Below are positions 56,898 to 64,000 of a stretch of 64,000 nucleotides of DNA, one piece after another (within the stretch, counting starts at the first letter, position 1; each line of letters begins with the position of its first letter). The notes beneath the pieces are model-generated. The model saw only the letters and a list, made by a program, of their open reading frames with translations. It ran no database searches and was not told the origin of the DNA. Source of the stretch: Acidobacteriota bacterium (lineage in GTDB: Bacteria; Acidobacteriota; Vicinamibacteria; Vicinamibacterales; CAVVIG01); the NCBI GenBank assembly GCA_017883165.1, contig JADGOC010000002.1, positions 5,277-69,276 on the forward strand, written 5' to 3'. Made by a program: the position numbers and the translations under genes.

Positions 56898-58440
56898 ACG
56901 CGTGTCCGCTCACTTCGATGCGAAGAGGTTTTCCGAGGATTCGCTCGAACGGCGCCGCGTGCCGTCCCGCGGCCCAGAGCTCGAGCTCGGCGTCGCCCGC
57001 CGTCCGAATCTGCAGCAGCCCATCGTCGCCGCGATCGCGCAGGTCGATCGTCGAAATCGTCTGCGAGTGGCTGCGATCGAGACTTTCAGCGAGCCGCAGG
57101 ATCGCGGCCAGCGTGCGCACGGTGGCGCGCCGCTTGCGCGGCAGCTCGCCGAAGCCCTCGTGGCGCCGCTTCGGCGTCGCGCTGCGGTGATACCGCGCGA
57201 GCAGCGCGATGGCGTCGATCTCGTCGGGCTCGAAGCCGCGCAGATCGCCGTTCTTGATCAAATAGTACGAGTGCTTGTGATGCTGTTCGTAGCTGATGTG
57301 GACGCCGATGTCGTGCAGGATCGCGGCGTACTCGAGCCACTCGCGCTCGCGGTCGGTGAGCCCGTGGATCGCGCGCGTCTGGTCGAAGAGCGCCACGGCC
57401 AGCCGCGCCACCTGGTTCGCGTGCTCGGGCCAGTAGTTGCAGCGTTCCGCGAGCTCGACGACGCTGCGCCGTCGCACGTCGGGATAGCGGTCGGCCTGCG
57501 CGATTTGCTTGCGGTGACGCGCGATGTAGTCGAGGACGAGCCCTTCGCGCAGCGACAGATCGCACAAGGTCAGCTCGGGCGCGCCCAGGCGTCGCACGAT
57601 CGTATCGAGCAGCACGGCGCCGGCGACGGCGAGATCGGCGCGCCGCGGCTCGAGCCCCGGCACGCGCAGCCGCTTCCCGAGATCCAGCGCGAGGAGCTCC
57701 TTCCGCACGCGGTGCAGTTGCTTGGCGGAGACGTGGCGGTTACGCAGCGGCGCGCCGGACGGACGCCCCTGCTGCATCGAGACGATGGCGCCCAAGCTGA
57801 GAATGGTCCCCGACGTGCCGATGACGCGGTCGAAGCCGGCGGCGGCGATCTGATCGAGATACTCGCCGATCTCCGCGTTGATGTGCTTCAGCATCCGGCG
57901 CTCGTCGCGCGGCTCGATCGGATCGCTCTTCACGAACCGCTCGGTGAGGCGGATGACGCCAAGCTTGAAGCTGCGTCCGGTGTCGACATCGAGCCCCGTG
58001 CCGCGCGTGATCTCCACGCTGCCGCCGCCGATGTCGACGACGACGGCGGCGTCGCCGGGGATGCTGACGCCGTACACCGCGGCCAGATGGATGAGGCGCG
58101 CCTCCTCGGTGCCCGAGATGACGCGCGGGTGGATCCCCGTTTTCTGCGTGATGGCGTCGAGGAACTCGCCGCCGTTCTCCGCCTCGCGCGTCGCGCTCGT
58201 CGCCGCCGCGATGATCTCGTCGACGCGGTGCGATTCGGCCAGACGCCGGAACTTCGACATCACCTGGAGCGCGGCGTGCATGGCTTCAGGCGTGAGCGCA
58301 CGTCCGTCCAGGCCGCCGGCGCCGAGGCGCACCATCTCCTTCTCGCGATCGATGACCTCGAAAGAGAGATCGGGCCGCACCCGCACGACGATCATGTGGA
58401 GCGAGTTGGTGCCGATGTCGATGGCGGCGATCCGCATCAT
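56650..58440 (-). CDS. ppx: exopolyphosphatase / guanosine pentaphosphate phosphohydrolase (Ppx/GppA family) with C-terminal read-on
   Basis: IAAIDIGTNSLHM, GTEEARL and DIGGGSVE actin-like ATPase motifs, plus an HD-like C-domain (AILHDIGVHISYEQHHKHSYYLI). Family-typical sequence ends near RIEV (about residue 513), but the first stop is at 56650. Confidence 0.85.
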   Translation of the reverse strand: MMRIAAIDIGTNSLHMIVVRVRPDLSFEVIDREKEMVRLGAGGLDGRALTPEAMHAALQVMSKFRRLAESHRVDEIIAAATSATREAENGGEFLDAITQKTGIHPRVISGTEEARLIHLAAVYGVSIPGDAAVVVDIGGGSVEITRGTGLDVDTGRSFKLGVIRLTERFVKSDPIEPRDERRMLKHINAEIGEYLDQIAAAGFDRVIGTSGTILSLGAIVSMQQGRPSGAPLRNRHVSAKQLHRVRKELLALDLGKRLRVPGLEPRRADLAVAGAVLLDTIVRRLGAPELTLCDLSLREGLVLDYIARHRKQIAQADRYPDVRRRSVVELAERCNYWPEHANQVARLAVALFDQTRAIHGLTDREREWLEYAAILHDIGVHISYEQHHKHSYYLIKNGDLRGFEPDEIDAIALLARYHRSATPKRRHEGFGELPRKRRATVRTLAAILRLAESLDRSHSQTISTIDLRDRGDDGLLQIRTAGDAELELWAAGRHAAPFERILGKPLRIEVSGHAYVEQPHEASRVSGQAVRRRGHRRLRKDDAAGAARQVAERRRASGVRHGMELVRPRQGGDQDRQEKERPDTHDVQSAARHGLR

Positions 58441-58496
58441 GCTTGAGCTTTCAGGGTCTCCACTATAATGAATGGCGTCTGACCGCGTCCTATATC

Positions 58497-59420
58497 ATGC
58501 CCGCATCCCGCCACCGTTACGACCTGCTGCACAAACGCCTCGACATCTTTACCCGGATGTTACAAGGCCTCGAGAAGGGCGACGTCCGCGCGCTCCATCG
58601 CACGCGGGTGGCTTCGCGGCGGCTGCGCGAGCTGCTGCCGATCCTCCAGCTCGACCACGACGTCGCGCGCAAACTCGGCCGGCGGCTCCGTCGGGTGACC
58701 CACGGCCTCGGAGCGGTGCGCGAGCTCGACGTGGTCAGCATGCTGCTGGACGAACTGCATGAATCCGGCCGTTACGACTTGGGCGGCCTGAGCCGCGTGG
58801 CGGCGCCAGTGGCCCAGGACCGCGCTGCCGCCCGAAAGCGCCTGGTCGCGAAGCTGCCCGCAGCCGAGCTTCGGCGCGTCGCGCACAAGCTCGAGGACAT
58901 CGCGCAGGACCTGAAGTCGGACGGCGCGTCGAATCGTCGCCACGAAGCGGCGTGGCGGTGGGCGATTGACGCGCGCATTATGAGACGCGCGGACCGGCTG
59001 GCGGCGGCGATGCGGGAAGCGGGCGCGGTGTATCTGGCCGAACGGCTGCACGCGGTGCGGATCGCGCTCAAGAAGCTCCGCTACGCGGTCGAGCTGGCGG
59101 CGGAAGCGGCGGGGGAGAAGGCCACCGCGGATCTGCGGACGCTGAAGCACGCCCAGGAGCTGCTCGGACGCCTGCACGATCGGCAGATCCTGATCGAGCG
59201 CGTGCGCCAGATTCAAGGCGCCGCCTCGGCCGACCTGCGGGCGGAGCGCGAGCTCGAAGCGATCCTCGATACGCTCGAAAATGACTGCCGGCGCCTGCAC
59301 GCGCGCTACGTACGCGATCGCGCGGGGCTGGCCGATCTCTGCGCGCGCGCGGTAGCCAGGCCTCACCCGGTGTTGGCGTCGCCAGGACGGCGTGTCGCGC
59401 CGCGCCGCGTGGCCAGCTAA
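58497..59420 (+). CDS. CHAD domain-containing protein
   Basis: Helical protein with repeated basic blocks (ALHRTRVASRRLRELL, LHAVRIALKKLRYAVE, LGRLHD) characteristic of CHAD (polyphosphate-granule-associated) domains. ATG 58497. Confidence 0.8.
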   Translation: MPASRHRYDLLHKRLDIFTRMLQGLEKGDVRALHRTRVASRRLRELLPILQLDHDVARKLGRRLRRVTHGLGAVRELDVVSMLLDELHESGRYDLGGLSRVAAPVAQDRAAARKRLVAKLPAAELRRVAHKLEDIAQDLKSDGASNRRHEAAWRWAIDARIMRRADRLAAAMREAGAVYLAERLHAVRIALKKLRYAVELAAEAAGEKATADLRTLKHAQELLGRLHDRQILIERVRQIQGAASADLRAERELEAILDTLENDCRRLHARYVRDRAGLADLCARAVARPHPVLASPGRRVAPRRVAS

Positions 59421-59426
59421 CCCGTC

Positions 59427-59933
59427 ATGGCCGGTCCCTACGAGCTGTACTTGATTCGCCACGGTCTTGCCGAAGACCGCGGCGAGGCGTGGCCCGACGA
59501 CACCAAACGGCCGCTGAGCGAAGAGGGGATGTCGCGTCTGCGCAAAGAGGCGCGCGGGCTCGCGCGCCTCGGCGTGTCGCTCGACATCGTGCTCACGAGT
59601 CCGCTCGCGCGGGCGCGGCAGACGGCGGAGATCGTGGCCGCCGCTTTCGATCCCCGACCGCCCGTCGCGAGCGCCGACTCGCTGGCGCCGGGCGCCCAGT
59701 ACGCGGCCGTCGTGGCCGATCTCGAGAAGCACGCGCGCAAGACGCGAATCGCGCTCGTCGGCCACGAGCCGAACCTCGGCGAACTCGCGGCGCGGCTGGT
59801 CGGCACGCGCCATCCGATCCCGTTCAAGAAAGGCGCGGTGTGCCGGATCGACGTCGACGCGCTGCCGCCGGCCGGACCGGGATCGCTGCGCTGGTTTCTC
59901 ACGCCGAAAGTGATGCGCGCGATCCGCCGGTAG
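59427..59933 (+). CDS. sixA: phosphohistidine phosphatase SixA
   Basis: LYLIRHGLAE (RHG catalytic motif), RPLSEEG, VLTSPLARARQTAE and VGHEPNLG; 168 aa. Confidence 0.85.
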   Translation: MAGPYELYLIRHGLAEDRGEAWPDDTKRPLSEEGMSRLRKEARGLARLGVSLDIVLTSPLARARQTAEIVAAAFDPRPPVASADSLAPGAQYAAVVADLEKHARKTRIALVGHEPNLGELAARLVGTRHPIPFKKGAVCRIDVDALPPAGPGSLRWFLTPKVMRAIRR

Positions 59934-60371
59934 CTACGCGCGCAGCCAGTCGGCCTGCCAGTCCTTCACCCGCAACTTGATTTCCTTCTGCGTGGCGAGC
60001 TTGCCGTCGAGCACGTCGCGAACCAGATCGGGGAGCTCAGCGTCGCTCGCGAACCGCAGCGCGACGAGCTGCGAAGGCGTCAGATCGTTTATGCGGCCGC
60101 TCAAGGGAGCCGGCAGCAGCTCGCGCAACCGCAGCCGCATCTCGAGGCGGATCACCCGATCCTGAACTCTCAGGACCATGGCCCGGGTCAAGGGCGCCAG
60201 CATCAGGATGCCCACCGCGACCAAGGCCGCGAAGGCAGTGCTGCGGTTGGGCGCGTACCAGATGTGCCGCAGGGCGTTCACCGCGTTGAGCAGCAGGACG
60301 GGAAGGACGAAGAAATGGAACGGCGGGAAATAACGCGCGTGGTTCTTGTACGTCTGGGTGCGTTCGGCCAT
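59934..60371 (-). CDS. hypothetical two-TM membrane protein
   Basis: 145-aa ORF. N-terminal YKNHARYFPPFHFFVLPVLLLN plus a second TM segment, then a charged helical tail. Its stop abuts the sixA stop with no intergenic space. Confidence 0.55.
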   Translation of the reverse strand: MAERTQTYKNHARYFPPFHFFVLPVLLLNAVNALRHIWYAPNRSTAFAALVAVGILMLAPLTRAMVLRVQDRVIRLEMRLRLRELLPAPLSGRINDLTPSQLVALRFASDAELPDLVRDVLDGKLATQKEIKLRVKDWQADWLRA

Positions 60372-60418
60372 CGGTTGAGCTCCTTGGCGATGATTCTACG
60401 GCCGCGGAGCCTTCCCGT

Positions 60419-61111
60419 CTACGCGTCGATGAAACGGTAGCCGAGGCCAATCACGGTTTCGATCTGGCGTCCAGCGTCGCGCAGCTTGCTGCGCAGGCGG
60501 CCGACGTGGACGTCGATCGACCGCGTTTCGACCAGCCGGTCGTACCCCCAGACGCGTTCGAGCAGCCGGTCGCGTGAGACGACGCGGTTCTTGTTGTGCA
60601 CGAGATAGCGGAGCAGCTCGAACTCGCGCCGCGTGAGCCGCACCGGCTGACCCTGCACGGACACGGCGACGGCGTCGAAATCGGCGACGAGGTTGACGCC
60701 GCGATAGGCGGCCGCCTGCCGCTCGCTGGCGGGCGTCGCGCGCCGCAGCACGGCGCGCACCCGCGCCGCCAGCTCGCGCGGGCTGAACGGCTTGGTGAGG
60801 TAGTCGTCGGCGCCCAGGTCGAGCCCCTGGACCCGGTCGTCCTCGGTCGTGCGCGCGGTCACCATGATGATCGGCACGTGCCGGGTCTCGGCGCGCGAGC
60901 GCAGAATGCGGCAGACCTCGATGCCGCTGACCGTCGGCAGATTCAGATCGAGGATGATGAGATCGGGCGGCCGATCGGAGACCGCCCGCAGTGCCGCGTC
61001 GCCGCTCGCGACGATCTCCGCGTCGGCCTCGCCGCCGCGTTCGACCGTGTGTTTGATCAACCCGGCGATGTCTTGCTCGTCTTCGACGATGAGGACGCGG
61101 TGCTTGGGCAT
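60419..61111 (-). CDS. OmpR/PhoB family response regulator (orphan, no adjacent kinase)
   Basis: Receiver domain (VLIVEDE...DLIILDLNLPTVSG...DDYLTKPF) plus a winged-helix domain (LTRREFELLRYL...RSIDVHVGRLRSKL...GLGYRF). Only the last 230 codons of track ORF 60419..63358 are genuine. Confidence 0.9.
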   Translation of the reverse strand: MPKHRVLIVEDEQDIAGLIKHTVERGGEADAEIVASGDAALRAVSDRPPDLIILDLNLPTVSGIEVCRILRSRAETRHVPIIMVTARTTEDDRVQGLDLGADDYLTKPFSPRELAARVRAVLRRATPASERQAAAYRGVNLVADFDAVAVSVQGQPVRLTRREFELLRYLVHNKNRVVSRDRLLERVWGYDRLVETRSIDVHVGRLRSKLRDAGRQIETVIGLGYRFIDA

Positions 61112-61125
61112 GTGTGGACACGTCC

Positions 61126-61179
61126 ACCGTACAGACAAAGTGTTTCGGCGCGGTGTCGGATCTGTTAATTGTGGGTTAA
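61126..61179 (-). promoter_or_regulatory. Pho-box-like array + TACGGT -10-like element upstream of the OmpR-family regulator (divergent to the phosphoesterase gene)
   Basis: Sense strand reads TTAACC-cacaa-TTAACA-gatcc-GACACC-gcgcc-GAAACA, then 9 nt, TACGGT, 14 nt and ATG 61111. Confidence 0.5.
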
Positions 61180-61255
61180 CGTCAGGCCGTTTGCGTTTTG
61201 ATGTTATCCTGCGGAGCTGGTTCATCCTCCTCGAGCCGCTGGAGAGGACCTCACA

Positions 61256-63769
61256 TTGATCATCCGGACCCTCCGGCGCTCCGCCGTTCTCGCGACGCTC
61301 ATCATGCTGGCCGGCGGCGTCATGTTCGGCGACCCAGCGCCGGCCGTTGACCGCCCGGGCGCGCTCGGCCGCGGCGTCACGCTGCTGCCGAACGGCTGGA
61401 AGATCGCGCCGGCGGGCTGGCACGTGCAGATCGGCGATCTGCCGCTGGCGATGGCCGAGTCGCCAGACGGCCGGTATCTTCTCGTCTCGAACAACGGCTA
61501 CGCGAAACCGAGCGTGACGGTGTTCGACGAAGAGCGCGGGACGGTCGTGCAGCGGCTCGTGCTCGATCACGCGTGGCTCGGCATGGCCTGGCATCCCGAC
61601 GGCAAACGCCTCTATGTGTCGGGAGCGGGCAACAACACGGTGCACGAGCTGTCGTTCGCGGGCGGCAGGCTGACGCGCGGCGCCGATCTCGTGCTCGGCC
61701 GGCCGATGGATGCGCCGGCCGGCGGCGCCAATCGCCCTGAGCCGGTGCCGCAGAGCTTCATCGGCGGCGTCGCGGTCAGCCCGGACGGGACACGCGTCTT
61801 CGCGGTCCACGTGCTCGGCCAGATGGTCAGCATGGTGGATCTGCGCACGGGCCACGTGCTGCGGAGCATCGAGTTGGCCGCCGAGCCGTACACGTGCGTA
61901 GTGTCGCCGGATGGCTCGACGCTGTTCGTGTCGCTGTGGGGCGGCGCGAAGGTGCTGCTCTTTGACGCGAAGTCGCTCGACGCGCGCGGCGAGATAGAGG
62001 TCGGCGAGCATCCGAACTCGATGGCGTTGACGAGAGACGGCAAGCGGCTCTTCGTCGCCTGCGCGAATACCAACGCGGTGTGGGCGATTGACGTCGAGAG
62101 CCGCCGGGCGGTCGAGCAGATCGCCGTGGCGCTCTTTCCGAACGCGCCGCCCGGCTCGACGCCCAACAGCGCCAGCCTCTCGCCCGACGAGACGCGTCTG
62201 CTCGTCGCTAACGCCGACAACAACACCGTCGCCGTCGTCGACGTCGAGCAGCCGGGGCGGAGTCAGGTGGAAGGCTTCATCCCGACCGGCTGGTATCCGA
62301 CCGGCGCGATGTTCAGCCGCGACGGCACACGCATCTTCGTCCTGAGCGGGAAAGGGCTGTCGTCGAGCCCGAACCCGCGCGGCAACCAGCCGGGGATTGG
62401 CGGCGCCGACGGTCAGTACATCGGGGCGATGCTGCAGGGCACGCTGTCGATTGTCGGCACGCCGGCGCCCGACACGCTGGCGGCGATGACGAACACGGTC
62501 CGAACGCTGGCGCCGTACCGCGATGCCATCCGCCTGGCGCCGGCTAATGCGCCGGTCGGTTCGCCGCTTCCGCGCCGCGTCGGCGACCCGTCGCCGATCA
62601 AACACGTCTTCTACATCATCCGCGAGAACCGCACCTACGATCAGATCTTCGGCGATCTCGAGCGCGGCGACGGCGATCCCAACCTGTGTCTGTTCGGCGA
62701 TCGCGTGACGCCCAACGCCCACGCGCTCGCGCGCGAATTCGGCGTCCTCGATAATTTCTACGTCGACGCCGAGGTCAGCTACGACGGCCATGCCTTCTCG
62801 ACGGGCGCCTACGCGACCGATCTGGTCGAGAAGTTCTGGCCGACCAACTATGCCTCGCGCGGGGCCGAGTATCTGAGCGAAGGCGGCGGCACGATGCGCA
62901 ACGCCTACGGCAACATCGCCGCGCCGCTCGACGGCTACATCTGGGACGCCTGCGTGCGCAGGAAGGTGAGCGTCCGCAGCTACGGCGAGTTCGTGCACCT
63001 CGATCCCGAGCACCGGAACACGGCGAGTGTGCCCGGGCTGGAGGGCCGGATCAGCCTCAGCTATCCGCCGTGGGATCTCAAGATCCCGGACGAGAAGCGC
63101 GCGGATGTGTTCATAAAAGAGTTCCACGACGACGAGGCGAACGGCACCTTGCCGGCGCTGTCGATCCTCCGGCTCGGTAACGATCACACGGGCGGCACCA
63201 GTTCCATTTACCCGACGCCGCGCGCCATGATCGCCGAAAACGATCTCGCCCTCGGACGGATCGTCGAGGCGATCTCGCACGGCACGTCCTGGAACGAGTC
63301 GGCGATCTTCGTCCTGGAAGACGACGCGCAGAACGGCCCGGATCACATCGACGCGCATCGCTCGCCGGCGATCGTCGTCAGCCCCTTCTCGCGGCGCCGC
63401 GGCCTCGACAGCACGCTGTACACGACGTCAGGCCTGCTGCGCACGATGGAACTCATCCTCGGCGTGCCGCCGATGAGCCAGTACGATGCGGCGGCCACGC
63501 CGATGTACAATGCGTTCCAGGCCACGCCGGTGCTGACGCCGTTCACGCATCTGCCGGCGCGCATCCCGCTCGACGAACGAAATGATCGATCCGCGTACGG
63601 CGCCGACGCGTCGATGCGCATGAATCTGGCGGAAGCCGATCGCGCGCCCGAGCAGGAGCTCAACGAGATTCTGTGGCGATCGGTCAAAGGACCGTTCTCG
63701 CCGATGCCCCCCATCGTCCGCAGCGCCTGGATCCGGCACGCTGCGGCCGATCCAGACGACGACCGGTAG
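61256..63769 (+). CDS. fusion protein: YVTN/YncE-type beta-propeller + phosphoesterase (phospholipase C / AcpA acid phosphatase family)
   Basis: Signal peptide. N-terminal repeated propeller blades (SPDGRYLLVSN, HPDGKRLYVSG, SPDGTRVFAV, SPDGSTLFVS, TRDGKRLFVAC, SPDETRLLVAN, SRDGTRIFVL). C-terminal IKHVFYIIRENRTYDQIFGDL...EDDAQNGPDHIDAHRS. TTG start. Confidence 0.85.
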   Translation: MIIRTLRRSAVLATLIMLAGGVMFGDPAPAVDRPGALGRGVTLLPNGWKIAPAGWHVQIGDLPLAMAESPDGRYLLVSNNGYAKPSVTVFDEERGTVVQRLVLDHAWLGMAWHPDGKRLYVSGAGNNTVHELSFAGGRLTRGADLVLGRPMDAPAGGANRPEPVPQSFIGGVAVSPDGTRVFAVHVLGQMVSMVDLRTGHVLRSIELAAEPYTCVVSPDGSTLFVSLWGGAKVLLFDAKSLDARGEIEVGEHPNSMALTRDGKRLFVACANTNAVWAIDVESRRAVEQIAVALFPNAPPGSTPNSASLSPDETRLLVANADNNTVAVVDVEQPGRSQVEGFIPTGWYPTGAMFSRDGTRIFVLSGKGLSSSPNPRGNQPGIGGADGQYIGAMLQGTLSIVGTPAPDTLAAMTNTVRTLAPYRDAIRLAPANAPVGSPLPRRVGDPSPIKHVFYIIRENRTYDQIFGDLERGDGDPNLCLFGDRVTPNAHALAREFGVLDNFYVDAEVSYDGHAFSTGAYATDLVEKFWPTNYASRGAEYLSEGGGTMRNAYGNIAAPLDGYIWDACVRRKVSVRSYGEFVHLDPEHRNTASVPGLEGRISLSYPPWDLKIPDEKRADVFIKEFHDDEANGTLPALSILRLGNDHTGGTSSIYPTPRAMIAENDLALGRIVEAISHGTSWNESAIFVLEDDAQNGPDHIDAHRSPAIVVSPFSRRRGLDSTLYTTSGLLRTMELILGVPPMSQYDAAATPMYNAFQATPVLTPFTHLPARIPLDERNDRSAYGADASMRMNLAEADRAPEQELNEILWRSVKGPFSPMPPIVRSAWIRHAAADPDDDR

Positions 63770-63772
63770 GAT

Positions 63773-63826
63773 TTAACCGCGACGTAACACACGCGAAGCA
63801 CCTCCGACACACGGCGCCGCTACTGT
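63773..63826 (+). promoter_or_regulatory. Pho-box-like array + TACTGT -10-like element upstream of the secreted-protein gene at 63881
   Basis: TTAACC-gcgac-GTAACA-cacgc-GAAGCA-cctcc-GACACA, then 9 nt and TACTGT. A 54-nt leader containing AAGGAGG follows. Confidence 0.5.
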
Positions 63827-63880
63827 GGAGCTGCACGTTCACGGGCGCGACGCCCGGGAATGATGTCAAGGAGGCTTCCT

Positions 63881-64000
63881 TTGCGACGTTTCAGCGCCTG
63901 GTTCTCGCTCTCGCTCGTTCTCACCTTCGCGCTCTGCTCAGCCGTGGCTTCCGCGCAGGATCAGTCGCCGCCGCCCAAGCCACCGAGCTCGCCTCTCACG
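63881..64000 (+). CDS. secreted hypothetical protein, 3' end outside window
   Basis: AAGGAGG RBS at 63868-63874, then TTG 63881. Encodes LRRFSAWFSLSLVLTFALCSAVASAQ (signal peptide) and stays open to the window end. Preceded by the phased-hexamer promoter. Confidence 0.6.
   Translation, partial: MRRFSAWFSLSLVLTFALCSAVASAQDQSPPPKPPSSPLT

Noticed and set aside
58443-58469. TTGAGC-N15-TATAAT sigma-70-like promoter for the CHAD-sixA operon.
   Set aside because: The -10 is perfect, but the 15-nt spacer is short and the -35 is weak. It is plausible but not supported well enough to list as a feature.
61112-63358. N-terminal about 750 codons of the 979-aa ORF 60419..63358 (minus strand).
   Set aside because: Only the last 230 codons form a genuine OmpR-family regulator with its own ATG (61111) and upstream promoter-like array. 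The remainder is antisense to the well-supported propeller-phosphoesterase gene.

Overview
GC-rich (about two-thirds G+C by eye), densely packed chromosomal segment. It most likely comes from an Acidobacteriota-like bacterium: it has tandem VWFA-related 'acidobacterial' proteins, many ECF sigma/HEAT modules and high-GC codon usage. I support about 63 protein-coding genes. I found no rRNA, tRNA, CRISPR array, transposase or integrase.

Gene content, left to right:
- Two tandem VWFA paralogs, then an OPT transporter, rex-moaC and a glutaminyl cyclase.
- A LytS/LytTR-lepB-CDF-RibD-like operon, an orphan nuoI, and a fused homocysteine methyltransferase/MTHFR.
- A KAS-flavoprotein-ICMT-GT-C lipid-like cluster, a TPR/MA-peptidase and a rhomboid.
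- A short IPMS-like gene with LysR and leuCD, and an S8 peptidase with an OM barrel.
- A czc/cus-type RND efflux operon with small Cys/His and zinc-ribbon companions.
- Two ECF sigma modules, then M28-gltA-yacG.
- A phosphate/polyphosphate neighbourhood: phoU-pstB, two thymidylate-kinase-like genes, ppx, CHAD, sixA, an orphan OmpR-family regulator and a beta-propeller-phosphoesterase fusion.

Most interesting observations:
1. A conserved promoter architecture occurs three times: four 11-bp-phased TTAACA/GAAACC-like hexamers, a 9-nt gap, then TACnnT. It looks like a Pho-box regulon signature tied to the orphan response regulator.
2. A tandem Tmk-like kinase pair sits in the polyphosphate locus, and one copy has Walker-A Lys replaced by Arg. 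The ppx reading frame overlaps this pair by 248 nt.
3. An atypical FabF-type KS / geranylgeranyl-reductase-like flavoprotein / ICMT methyltransferase / GT-C cluster.
4. A heavily deleted lon relic.
5. Back-to-back ECF-type promoters that imply leaderless sigma-factor mRNAs.

All functional calls come from motif recognition by eye. No database search was run.
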